NCBI GenBank assembly: GCA_001179505.1
Contig: CDMY01000781.1
Coordinates: 62,001 to 126,000 of the forward strand
From: Vitrella brassicaformis CCMP3155
Lineage: Eukaryota; Protista; Chromerida
Reading direction: 5' to 3'
DNA: 64,000 bases
The notes under the pieces are model-generated. The model worked only from the letters and a program-made list of their open reading frames with translations, made no database searches and was not told where the DNA came from. Below, in pieces: positions 50,868 to 62,302 of the stretch (position 1 is its first letter; the number at the start of each line of letters is the position of its first letter). The position numbers and the translations under genes are program-made.

Positions 50868-52101
50868 TTTGTCTTGTCGAGTGGTTCGTTCGTTCGGGAG
50901 AGCATGGCAGGGTGCCACCAGGATGCCCAGTCGAGGAGCGATGTAGAAAGGGTAAGATGACTGTCAGAGGAGAAAGAACAGACTCGCAGAGGCAATAGGA
51001 GAGGCTGAGATGAAAGCATGAAATGAGGTAACGGCTGACAAGGCAGATAGCCGATGCGTACCCACAAATTCACGTCCGCTGAGCCGCACGCACCACACTC
51101 CTGCAGTCAGCACTGATCTCACACGCATCTCGGTGATTGTCACGCCGCTTCCTTTGTGCTCGTGCTGTTTCATTGTTGTGTTTGCAGGTACTTGCAGGTG
51201 ACATGCATTGCACTGCATGATGGAGGGCCAGCCAGGCAGGCAGGCAGGGAGGAGGAGGATGGCTCCAGGTGAGAGGTTTATACGCGGACAAGCACTCTGT
51301 TCAGGCAATGTGGCAGTATGTTATGTTCGTGTTATTTTCCTCCTCTCTCTGTGTGTGTCAATCAGGTCATATGCGGCAGTGCGGCCGACATCACCCCCTC
51401 CGCGCTGTCCCTTCTGGCCGCTGAGGTCGCACCTGTACTGGGCCGCTTGACGAGAGTGGGAAGCGCGCGTATGCCATGAGCTGCTGCGCGTGTGCACTTT
51501 GCCCCTGCCAGTGGAGCGGACCGAGATAGCCAAGCCTTTTCTTCTTGGCTGAAGTGGTCTTGGGCAAGTGCACATGGCGCGACGAAGACGAGATAAGGAG
51601 CTTCGTTGTGGTTGGTGACCGATTCTCGGTAGCTGGCTGCTTCTGCTGGGGCATAAGTCCGTGACCTGCCACGAGTGTCAGCGAGACTAAGCGACCGTCT
51701 TATGGTGGACGTGGCGGTGGTCAGGTGGCTGATGGACCGGCAGAAGCACAAGCTGCTGCTGTGTCAGTGAGGGGCCGGCCAGTCAGTGGGTGAACTATCG
51801 GGGTGCCGCCGGAGTGTGTTCTGAATATGTCTGTGTCTTGTATATAAATGTTGGTTGGAAGTGCGGGGCGGGGCACGCAGCCGACAGGGGCTACCTTCCC
51901 TTCATGTGTTGATATGCCAACTCGAAACACACACACACACACACTTTTTCCGTCCCTCAACCAGTGATAAAAACTCTCGACAACACGAACCATAAACGAA
52001 TGAAAAGGATGGGTCAATAGTGCTGCCCCTACCAAGCCCTGTTGTTCTGCAGCAAATGAGGAAGCCGGCCTTGCCATCTTCATCCTCTTCCATTTGGCTT
52101 C

Positions 52102-52110
52102 AAGCTCGCA
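52102..52110. promoter_or_regulatory. Candidate upstream motif AAGCTCGCA
   Basis: Exact 9-mer ~115 bp upstream of ATG 52226. Confidence 0.5.
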
Positions 52111-52225
52111 GAGAGAGGGAAGAAAATTTGCAGGCAGCAGAGGGGCTGTGTCACACGTGGAGGTGGTTGCCTGTTGGCTGCGTCCATTCCTTTCTTAAGA
52201 GAGGGGCGGAGATGAGCAGATAGCC

Positions 52226-53244
52226 ATGGATGCTGTCGCGCGGACGGCCGGAGGGACCAACTACGTGAAGTGGGGTCACTCGCAGCCAGGCCACCATCAG
52301 GCCTTGTCACCGACAGCAGACATGCAGGGCTATGGTCCCCAGGTACACACCCCACCCCCTGGCCGATGCATGAAAGATCAGATCAGCTCGAGCGCACGTG
52401 TGGATGTGTCTGTTGTGTTCAGGTAGATTGTGTGCTGGCGAGCCGTGACGGTCTGCTGCTGTCCATCGAGCAGATCCGCGACATCTGCACCTACGTGCTG
52501 GGCCCCGCAGTGCAGGTCGTCACGGGCGGAGGCTACGTCAAGGTCAGTCAGATCCATCCAACAACCGCATGGATGGATGCAATGCATCCTCTCTGTCTGG
52601 ATAATCAATGTGTGTGTGTGTGTGTGTGTCCAACCGCTGTGCTGCAGGCCACCGGCAACACCAAGTCGACCATCCACTGCCTGTACATCATCAACGGCGG
52701 CGCCCAGTTCACCAAGACCGACAAGCTCCGGCTGATCGCCGCTCTCGAGGCCTCAGCCCACTTCACACCCGCCCAGAGCAGCCATCGCACCATACGAGTG
52801 ACCGACTCATACGGCCATGAGCTCGAGCTGGTGCCGGACAACTACTCGGACACGGAGAACCACGCACACCACCCCGTCCTCACCGTGCCCCCCGTGCAGG
52901 ACACCGTGGCGGCCCTCAAGGCCATCAACCACTCCCGCGGCCTCGAGCTGACCACCTGGCACATCGAGAGGCTCGTCATTGCGGCCAATCATCGTGTCCC
53001 CAGCAGCCTTGGCGGCGACCGCACACTTGTGCGGCAGTTTCTGCTGGCGACCGCCATCAGCATGATCACACAGGACAGCGGCAGTGCCGCTGAGGGCGCG
53101 CTCGGCTTTCCGTCGGACGGTGCTGTGGACAAAGCACATCAGAGGGCGGCCGCGATCGGGCTCGAGACCCACCTGCGGCGCGCCATCGAGTCTGGGCGGC
53201 TCATGGCTGATGAGGGGTGGGCACGCTTCGCGCTGAATCGGTAG
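52226..53244 (+). CDS. OAS/CD-NTase/DZF-like nucleotidyltransferase-fold protein, apparently lacking the DxD metal ligands
   Basis: Three exons (introns ~52265-52422 and 52543-52647). Motifs: VQVVTGGGYVK|ATGNTKSTIHCLYII, HELELVP, and VQDTVAALKAINHSRGLELTTWHIERLV. Recognised by motif memory only. Confidence 0.6.
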
Positions 53245-55405
53245 ACAGAGCGCGTCAGGGGACTGACTGGGATGGGGGAGGGCGGCGAGGCGGCATCTTT
53301 CTCCGCTTTTGGACCCTTTTTGGACAGACAGACAGACAGACAGAGGGGCCTTTTGTGTTTTCAAGAAGCGAGTGAAGAAACAAACGGAGGGCGATGACAT
53401 ACGATTGTTCGTCCTTTCGGACATGGGGAGTGTCAGTGGAGAGGGAGAGAGTGAGAGTGTGTGTGTGTGTGTATTTGTTGGGGGCTTTGGGGCTCTTTCT
53501 TGGGCTGTTTGCAGTGGCTGCCTGCTCTAACTGCGGCGGCGATCTGGTGGGTGTGGTGGTTGGAAGAGATTTGATCATGTCGGTTGCTTGCATGAGTAGC
53601 TTTCGTGCTAGCTCTTTGGTAGTATACCTCACAGCAGGTCTGTGTGTGTGTGCGTGGGTGTGTGTGTGTGTGTGTACGATGGCCTTTTTGGATCGATGCC
53701 TGCCAGACGAGTGAGTGCAGACATCTCAACGTCTGACATATCAACCAACGTCTCATCTGTAATCAATTTCATGCAAACTGACTGGTCAGTCCGACGACAT
53801 CCGTCCGTTCAGTTTGTGCGCTCTGCAGCACAGCAATTGATTGAGTTTGTCAGTCTGACATCCGATAAGCATCGTTCGATGATGGATAACAGATGCTCAG
53901 ACAGACCACACTCAGCCCATTGCCGGAGGAGCAGACCACGCACGCACCAACCACAAGCTAGGGACAAGAGGTATACAGGGAGGCAGGCAGGCAGGCAGCC
54001 GGGAAGGTGTGCACTACCGTGGTCAGAGTCGGTCGGCACCGAGGCAGGCTGTGGCTGGGCATAGCCACAGACCCCAGCCAGGTAAGACGAGAGAGGTAAG
54101 ACGAGAGAGAGATGATGCGCTGCCTGCTTGATTTCTTTCTTTCTTGATAAACCCATCCATCCATCCATCAGGCGTCCCCGATGCGATTACACCACAGCCA
54201 GACTTGACGTCAGCAAACAACACAACGCACGCAACAAAACAAGGTCAAACAACAGGCAGCCAGCCGTCCGTCAGACAGACAGACATTCAGCCAAAATCGT
54301 ACACTTACACATCACATGTACGTGTAATATGTGTGTATGTATGTATGTATGTATGCGTGTGTGCATGGTGTGCATGCCGATTGATGCAGAAGGACTGGCT
54401 GCCTTACACGACACCACACGACACGCGCATGTCATGGCCGTGACTGAGCGAATGAGTCAGTGAGTGAGTGAGTCAATGATGTGTGCCTGGCACGGATGTG
54501 GTGAGGCAATCCAATGGATGAAGGGTCTCTCTCGAGATATTCCCTCCATCTCAGAGCTGCTCTCTCACACAGGGGTGACCCTGACCGATAGGCGTGGCAT
54601 CCAAATCCACGACGCTGTTTCTGCAGACAGCGTAGAGGATCAGGATGCCACCCGTTGCCGCCAAGGCCGCCGCCATGTGCTTCGAAGCCAGCACCAGAAT
54701 CAGTAAGTGAGTCGCCCTCAATGGATGCCTGCCTCGCTCTAAACCGACCCGCCCGGCCTGCCTGCAAAAAGCGCCACTACTTCGGCAGGCCAGCAGCGGA
54801 TATCACAGCAGGAGGCGTACGCAAAGAGCGATACGATACGGCAACATATGTGAACGAATGCGCGTGCACGTGTGTGTGTGTGGGCGAGTGAGGGAGTGAG
54901 TGAGTGACTGAGTGAGTGCCTCAGTGGGTGAGGCCGCTCGCCAGGTGGCCTGGTGAAAATGGCCGCCTGGCGGTGATATGCAGGCGAGGCGTCGTGTACA
55001 TATACACTGAGAACAGCGGCAGGGCAGACAGACAGACAGTCAGACAGACAGTCAGACAGACAGACAGGGAGTGAGGCAGTGAGGGAGGGATCGAGGCAGA
55101 CAGGCACGCAGAGACCAAAAAACAGCCTGCCTACGTCCATTTATTATGTCGGTGCGATGGTAAGAAAAGCGAGGGGCGGGATGCGTGTGTGTGTGTGTGT
55201 GTATGGGAGAGAGAGCGAGGGCAGACAGACAGACAGACAGACAGACAGGCAGGCAGACAGACAGCTAGGCAGCCGGGCAGGCAGGCAGGAAGGCACAAGA
55301 AGTCAGCAGGCAGGTAGAAAGTAAGCAAAAACCAGCGTCAGCAAGCCTAGAGCACCGAGTCGTCCGTCCACTCGCAAGCTTCTCGCAAACACAGGAAAAA
55401 GTCAC

Positions 55406-56009
55406 TCACTCGAACTCCAGCACGTCAAAAGGATCATCGCTCTCGTCCCACCTGCAACACGCACACACAACACGCACACACACACACAGAGGTACAGATT
55501 TGCTCCGCCCCCCGCCATCATCAACATTTGTGGCCTCTTCCTGACCTGGCGAAGTTGGTCCTGATGCTCTCGATGAGGAGCTGGTCCATGCCCTCGGTAG
55601 TGTGGGACCACATCGCCTTCCTCCTGCCCCTCAGGGCATGCTTCCTCGGCTCGTTGTCGGGACCAAAAGTAGAGAGGTGACGGAACACCGAGAACCACAG
55701 AACCGATACCAAAACAAAGACCAGCCCCGTGACGCCGAACCACCGCGCCAGGAACCACGTCTGCCGCTTGCACTTGGCGACGCGCTCGTCTGCGGGCTGA
55801 GAGGCCGGTTGTGCAGGAGAGGCTGGCAGAGTCCGCGCAGTCGCCCCTCGGTCGGTCACGGCATCTGTGTCAGTTTTGCAGGGGACGGGGGACCAGCTGC
55901 GAGTGGCAGGCGGGGGGATGCATGGAGAGCAGGGGTCGTCGTCGGACGTGGAACCAGACGTCGAAGCGTTCGAGGGTGACGCCGGCGCGTCGAGATCTGT
56001 GTGGGCCAT
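55406..56009 (-). CDS. Small single-pass membrane protein, hypothetical
   Basis: MAHTDLDAP...WFLARWFGVTGLVFVLVSVLWFSVF...NFAR|WDESDDPFDVLEFE*, with the last intron GT-AG and in frame. Confidence 0.6.
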
Positions 56010-56090
56010 CTAGCAGCGGAGAGTGCTGGTGGTCGCCCGACAGCAAGAAAGCCCAGATCTCATCTGAAAAGACAACGATCCGGTACATCC

Positions 56091-56099
56091 AAGCTCGCA
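56091..56099. promoter_or_regulatory. Candidate upstream motif AAGCTCGCA
   Basis: Exact 9-mer followed by an A run, in the 114-bp divergent gap 56009/56124. Confidence 0.55.
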
Positions 56100-56123
56100 A
56101 AAAAACGCGGAGGGAGACAGACG

Positions 56124-57539
56124 ATGGATTCGAGGGCCCCTGATGGACTGCGACAACAGCTGATGGAATTGCAGTCCCGAGCGGCATCGATTGTGACCGA
56201 CGCAAGAGCTCTTCAGGGCCGATGTGATGGGGCGAGTTGTGCCTTGATGAAACGAAAGAGGGATGAGGCGGCTGATTCCCACTCTGTGCTCGACTCGGTA
56301 AGCAACAACAGAGTCATGCCATTGACCGAGGACCTGTGCGTTGCTTTGTGTGCGTGTGTGTCTTTCTTCTCAGCTTCGTGGTGAGTTTTATGACCTGCAG
56401 GGGCACAGACAAGCTGCCCTGGACGAGCTGGCACGACTGAAAGAAGAGCGCGATAGGCTTGTCGGCGAAAAGTACCACACACAGGCCGACTTTCGAAGGA
56501 CGCACGAGCAGGCCGCAAGAGAGGTATCGACACACCGTCCATGTGTCTCTGTGTTTGGTGAATCTATTGTATCTCCTTCTGCCGATTCTGTGTCCGTCCC
56601 CTTTGCTGTCTCGTCCTTTCTGTGGGCCGGCAGAAGTCGGAGCAGCAGAGATTAGTGATCGAGCTGAGGGCCGAGATTGAGCAGCTCCGCCTTGAGAAGG
56701 ACAGCCTTGTCAACTTGCTTGTCAGCCAAAAGCACACCCTGGCAAAGATGGAGGAGAGAAAGGACAATCTAGCCACCCTCGTGGAGACCCTCAGCACACA
56801 AGTGGAGGTTTTCGACCCCAAGGCTGTCGTCCACGACCCAAGCAACCCCTGGGAGATACAGCCTTCACGGCTCAAGCAGCTTGCCGCCCCTTCACCCGAC
56901 GCCTCTATGGAAGAAGACCTTCTTTCTGTGTCCAAAGGCGACGCGGCAGCGTCGGCTTTGTCAAATTTATGGGCGTGGACTGTCACGGCGCCCCCCACCC
57001 TGCCCTCCTTTCTCACTGGCATCAAACACGGGCCGACGAGGCGCGGCGGTTCGCTGGAGCAAGTCGGAGAGGAGCTCGAGACACCTGAAATGCCGAAGGC
57101 AGTCATCAGACGGTGCTCGACGATCGACTGCTCCCCGACAGAGAAGAGTAAGAGAGATGTCGATAAGGAGACTAAGGAGACCGACTCTTTTCCGACGATA
57201 GAAGAGGCGGCCACGCCCGATACACACAGACCGTCGACCTCTCCCAGCACGTCTCCCGGCGAACCAACGAAGGGCAAGAAAAAGAAGGGATTCGCGAGTT
57301 TCTTTGGGAGTTTGGGGAAGACCCTGGGCAAAGCGGGGCTGACGTCGGGGGGGGATAGGGCTGAAGACAGCAGTCAACGGCTCAGCCCTCTTGCTGCCTC
57401 AGCAAGTCCGAGTTCCGCTCTTGAGGACACCGCATCAAGTGGGAGGAGGTCTGAAGGGGCGGAGGGCCAGGCTAGTGGGCGGTCGATCAGTCCATTCGGT
57501 GGGCTGTTTCCATCACCGAAGGGAAAACGCAGTCACTGA
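56124..57539 (+). CDS. Coiled-coil hypothetical protein with a Ser/Pro-rich tail
   Basis: MDSRAPDGLRQQLMELQ..., ALDELARLKEERDRL, ELRAEIEQLRLEKDSL. Three exons, stop at 57537-57539. Confidence 0.65.
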
Positions 57540-57853
57540 CTGACTGACGGGAAGAGAAGATGTCAGATGAAGGGCTGTACGCTTCTGTTTGTGTACGCAG
57601 CTACAAAGTGTGATCGATCATAAATTTTTGATGTGTGCACGTGTGAAGCTGTCGTGTATTCATTGAGATTCTCCATAGCCGCGTCTACGTGGCTCCTCAT
57701 TCAATAATCGAGTCCCTTCTCATACTCATGAGTGCGCGAACAATTAATGTCATGTCTTCATCCATATGATCCATTGCCATTTGATTGCAGCTGGCAGTGC
57801 GCGCGGTGCTGCATGCAGCCACATAACAACAGCAGCGGTTTAACAACAATGAA

Positions 57854-57869
57854 TGCGAGCTAAGCTCGA
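57854..57869. promoter_or_regulatory. Candidate motif TGCGAGCT plus an inverted partial copy AAGCTCGA
   Basis: Exact 8-mer 45 bp upstream of the MLE-family ATG. Confidence 0.5.
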
Positions 57870-57898
57870 AGAGGGTAGAGGGGAGGAGGTTCCCAATC

Positions 57899-59780
57899 AT
57901 GACGTCGATAACATCTATCGAGTGCCGTCGACTCCAGCTGCCGTTCAACCAGCCATACGTCACCGGCGCAGGCACACTCAAGACAACCCAGTGCGTCATT
58001 GTGCGCGTCCACACGTCTGACGGACTGGTCGGCATCGGCGAGGCATGCCCGTATCCCACAAAGTAAGGGATAGATGATGTGCTGCAGGCAGACGACAAGA
58101 TCTCTTGACACGCAGTGGCATGGTTCTGTCTTTTTCTGCTGCTCCAGGTTCCAGGATGAGACGCCCGGCACTGTGATGAGTGTCCTGGAGGTGCGGCATG
58201 GGAGGACGGCCTGATCAATTCACTTGCTTTCCGGCACCACACGTGGGTGTGTGATGTGTTGATGTAGGAGATTCTCGCACCGAGTTTGATCGGCCAGAAT
58301 CCGCTGCACGTCAACGACATCAACCGCATCATGGACGCCATCATCCCCGGCAACCCACAAGCCAAAGCGGCCATCGATGTTGCGTGCTGGGACATACTCG
58401 GTAAGCCAACGACACCATCCATCCATCCATCCATCGTGTGTGTTGTGATATGGTTGCAGGGAAGAAGCTGGGTGCGCCGATCTATCAGCTGCTGGGCGGG
58501 CCGCTCCGCACCTCTCTGGATCTGCTGTGGCCCATGGGCGACCAGACTCCCGCAGAGGATACGAAAGAGGTGGGCGGGCACGGTGCCACACGATGTGACA
58601 CGCGTGTGTTTGTTGTCTTGTGATCAGGTGACTGAGAAGGTCGAGGAGGGCTTCAAAACGTTCATGTACAAGTAAGCAGCCCACCACTTGTGCGAGGCGC
58701 GCCACGGTTGTCACATCTTTGTCTTGTGTATGGCCACCTACCTGTCGGTGTCTGTGTCTGTGTGTCAGGATGGGTTTCTACAAGGACATAGATATGGAGA
58801 TAGAGCGCATCGCCACCGCCAGGAAGGTCTTCGGCAAAGAACTAGTCATCGTGCCCGACGCAAACCAAGGCAAGCGGGCAAGACAGCACCCCCTCCACAG
58901 CTCCCTCCCACCCACCCCTCTGTGTCTCCTCTCAAGAGTGCAGGTTTCACGAAGGACGAGGCGATTCAGCTGCTGCGAGGGTTGGAGCCGCTGCAGTCGA
59001 AGGGTCCGCTGTTTGTGGAGCAGCCCGTGTCCAAGGAGCGGCCGCAGGACATGGTCTCCCTCCAGAGACAGACGTCCATCCCGCTGTCGATAGACGAGTC
59101 CCTCGTCACCGTCAAGGACGCCCTCCACTTTGCGCAGCAGCAAGGTGATAGAAGAGATGAAGCAAAATGACGGACGGGAGCAGACGTGCACTGTGTGTGT
59201 GTCTCTGTGTGTTTAGGGTGTGGGGTGTTTAGTGTCAAAGTCGTCAAGAATGGCGGCATCAGCAAGGCCAAGGAAATATGCGGTGAGTGAGCAGAAAAGT
59301 CCACGCAAGAGCAGGAAGGCCAGCTGATGTGCTGTTTGCTCATCGCCGGATGGATGGCCGGATGGATGGATGGATGCAGGGGTCGCCAAGTTATATGGCA
59401 TTCCGTGCCTGTTCAACTCGATGCTCGAGACGGGCGTGGCCCAGGCAGCCGCCCTCCACCTGGCCGCCGTCACGCCCACACTCTACCCATCCGGACACTG
59501 CTTCATGTACACACAGACACGTCACCCCTCCCCCCCACCCATCCCTGCAGCCCACTCTCTGCCCTCTCTCTGTGTCAGGTCGACATTGCGTCTCAAGGAC
59601 GTCACGACGTTCGCGTCGTCGCTGATCCGGAAGGACAATGCGTCCGGTCTGCTGAAGGTGCACCTGCCCACCGGCCCGGGGCTGGGCATATCGCTCGACG
59701 AGGAGGCCCTCGAGATGCACACCGTCGACAGAAGGGTCATAACGGACGACAAGAAGGCATGGAACGGCAAGCTCGAGTGA
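57899..59780 (+). CDS. Enolase superfamily, muconate-lactonizing-enzyme (MLE) subgroup; substrate unknown
   Basis: [59 protein letters not shown], metal ligands DANQG/EQP/DES, SVKVVKNGG, SMLETG and PTGPGLG. About 9 introns. Confidence 0.92.
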
Positions 59781-60270
59781 GTCGAGTGAGCGGGGGCCGG
59801 GGGATGGCCCCCGCTCCCGCCTACTACTAGTAGGTGTGGGGGTGGGGGTATGTATTTTTCGTGTCTCTGCGGGCTCGAAAGACAGCCTCGAGCGATGTCC
59901 ATGTCTGTCGTCTTTTTCCTTGGTGCGTTCGCGACGGACGAGTGTCAGTGTCACAGTGAGTGGTGCAAACAAAGCGCATGGGGCATTCCTTGTGTTGAGG
60001 TTTGTGTGATCTTTCTTAGTGTGTGAGTGTACATTACATACATATTAATCTGTGCGGACAGCCCTGTGTGTAGCCGTGCAGATCGCCATGTATCCATCAG
60101 CGTCCATCGGAACATGGCGATCTGTCCTGCTTTTGGCCAAGAAGCCAGTGATCGTCGTGTAAATTCTAGATCCGACTTCTGGATCCGCAGCGCTCTGAAG
60201 CCTCTAATTGCAAGGCGACTCCATCCACCGATCCCTCTCTCGGTTCCTCTTCATCCTCCATCCATCCACC

Positions 60271-61655
60271 ATGTCCCTCCCCAACCGCGAGCGCACCGCC
60301 AACCTGCTCACCCTCAACACGGCCATAGCCAAGTGGCCCGAGCTCGACGGGCCGCCCCTCCCCACCAGACCGCTGCTCAAGGACGACTGGACGGTATACG
60401 TGCAGCTGCGGGCCAAGGGCGGGCAGAGGATGGACGTCGATAACTACAAAGAGTACGTCAAGGCTGTGGGTGTGATGAGGAGCCTGCGGGAGTTCTGGCC
60501 GCTGTACGAGATGGTGCCGATGCCCTCCCAAATGGACCGCAAGAAGTAAGAATTCACGAGAAAGGACAATGGATGGATGGATGGATGGGTGCATCTGGGT
60601 GTTCTGTTCTGCGGCGTATCATGCTATGCTGCCTTTGCAGGGTGTGTTTGAGTGATGGGTCTAAGGAGGAGGTTGAGGGAGTGATGATCTTCAAGTGAGA
60701 AATATCACGCAACAAACACGACACAACACAACACAACACAACACACACAAGACGACACAACGCACCGATGTTGGGTGTGTTCGTGTGTGTGGTGTGTGGT
60801 CTGCGGTGTGGTGTGGTGTGTGCAGGGACCGCATCGAGCCCAAGTGGGAGCACCCGGCCAACAAGGGGGGAGGCAGCATCCGCTTCGCCTTCCAGTACCG
60901 CAAGCTGGCCTCACTCGACCTCGGCAGCAAAGTCACCACCGGCGGCATGGGCATAGTCGGTGAGCCGGGGTGGGGTGGGGAGGGGGGAGTCCGGGCGGAG
61001 GGAACACGACAATCCTCTGTGTGTGTGTGTGTGTGTGTGTATGTGTGGTGTGGCAGATGAGTACTGGATGTCGTTGGTGTGTGCCGCGATTGGCAACACC
61101 CTCCAAAACTACGACATCATCGCAGGAGTCAAGCTGGTGGGTGGGTGGGTCAGTAGATACACCAGACAACTGGCTGGTGCGCACCGTTGCAATATATGCG
61201 TTGCGCTATCTCTCTGTGGGTGTGCCCTGCGTGTGTGCAGGTGCGCAAGGACCGCGAGATGCGTATCGAGCTGTGGTTCACTAAGGCGGACAAGGGTACC
61301 ACACCCACACCCACACCCGCACCCGCACCCAAGCAGGCAGAGACATATCCGTCTGGATGTGTGTGTGTGTGTGTGGGTGTGGGTGTCTGTTGATGTCAGG
61401 TGACGTCGCTGCGCTCAAGGCCGAGGCCATCAAAGCCATGTGCACGGCCATGGTATCATCGATATGGACACACGACTTCCACCCGCCATATGTGCGCAGG
61501 GTCGTCCCCCGTGTGTGGTGTGTGTGGTGTGTGTGGCGTGTGTGGTGTTGGTATGTATGTGCGTGCTGCAGGACGGCAAGCTGTACGAGTTCGTCGGCAC
61601 GACACAGACGACCCCGCACGAGAGATTCCTCAACGGATCCCTCAGCAAGATCTGA
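60271..61655 (+). CDS. eIF4E: Translation initiation factor eIF4E family member
   Basis: DDWTVY, REFWPLY, MIFKDRIEPKWEHPANKGGG, DEYWMSLVCAAIG, GVKLVVRK and RIELW. Six GT-AG introns join in frame. Confidence 0.9.
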
Positions 61656-62302
61656 ACGACTCACACGCAGACAGACAGACGTAGGTAGAGATAGATAGAT
61701 AGACAACGCAGAAAGGGCTGACCTGACACTACACACACTCCGGTTGTGGTGCCAATCCTCTCCAGCACCCTCCATCTTTTTCTGCCTTGCTCTCTCTGGC
61801 TGACGTGCATTCCCTCTCTCCCTCCCTCCCTCCCTCCCTGACTCCCTGGGTTGCCTGTCTGTGCTGCCTGCAACACCACCCGCCCAACCGCCCCACCCCA
61901 TTGGCCTGGCCATACAGCTTTGCCCAGACGTAGATGGATGCTCTGAGGTTTTGTTGGTGCTGGCGAGCAGGCAGGCAGGCAGGCAGGCAGCGGGGTGCAG
62001 GTGTGGTCACTCTCTCTCTCTCTCTGTGCTTTTGTTTGCTGGCTGGTTGACTGATGGATACGTGGACGTATGTGTATGTGTGTCAGTGTCCCTACATATG
62101 TGTGTGAGTTGCGGACCAGGAGAAACCCGTCATTCAACGAACGATACATAGAATCTGTCGGGAATCCATCCATCCATTGGTTCGTTACCCGTCCTCACTC
62201 GAGGACCCGACACACACACACACACGCCAAACCTCCACTCTCCCTGCAGTTATCCTAATCCAAATCCCCCTCACACCATGCACCGCATCAGTCCATCTTA
62301 GA

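Noticed and set aside
51362-51751. 129-codon minus-strand ORF upstream of the PHD gene
   Set aside because: No ATG-supported start or known motif, and I could not splice it convincingly to the PHD exon. Left unannotated; needs RNA-seq.
53255-55400. 2-kb gene-free region with short ORFs (e.g. 53255..53632)
   Set aside because: Dominated by mixed microsatellites, with no terminal repeats, RT/transposase motifs or RNA-gene signatures.
57697-58581. 294-codon minus-strand ORF sharing CQEI.SSACSTSSIPYFVGYGHASPMP with the 22 kb ORF
   Set aside because: It is the antisense reading of the enolase-family gene. The shared peptide reflects the DNA duplication, not a protein family.
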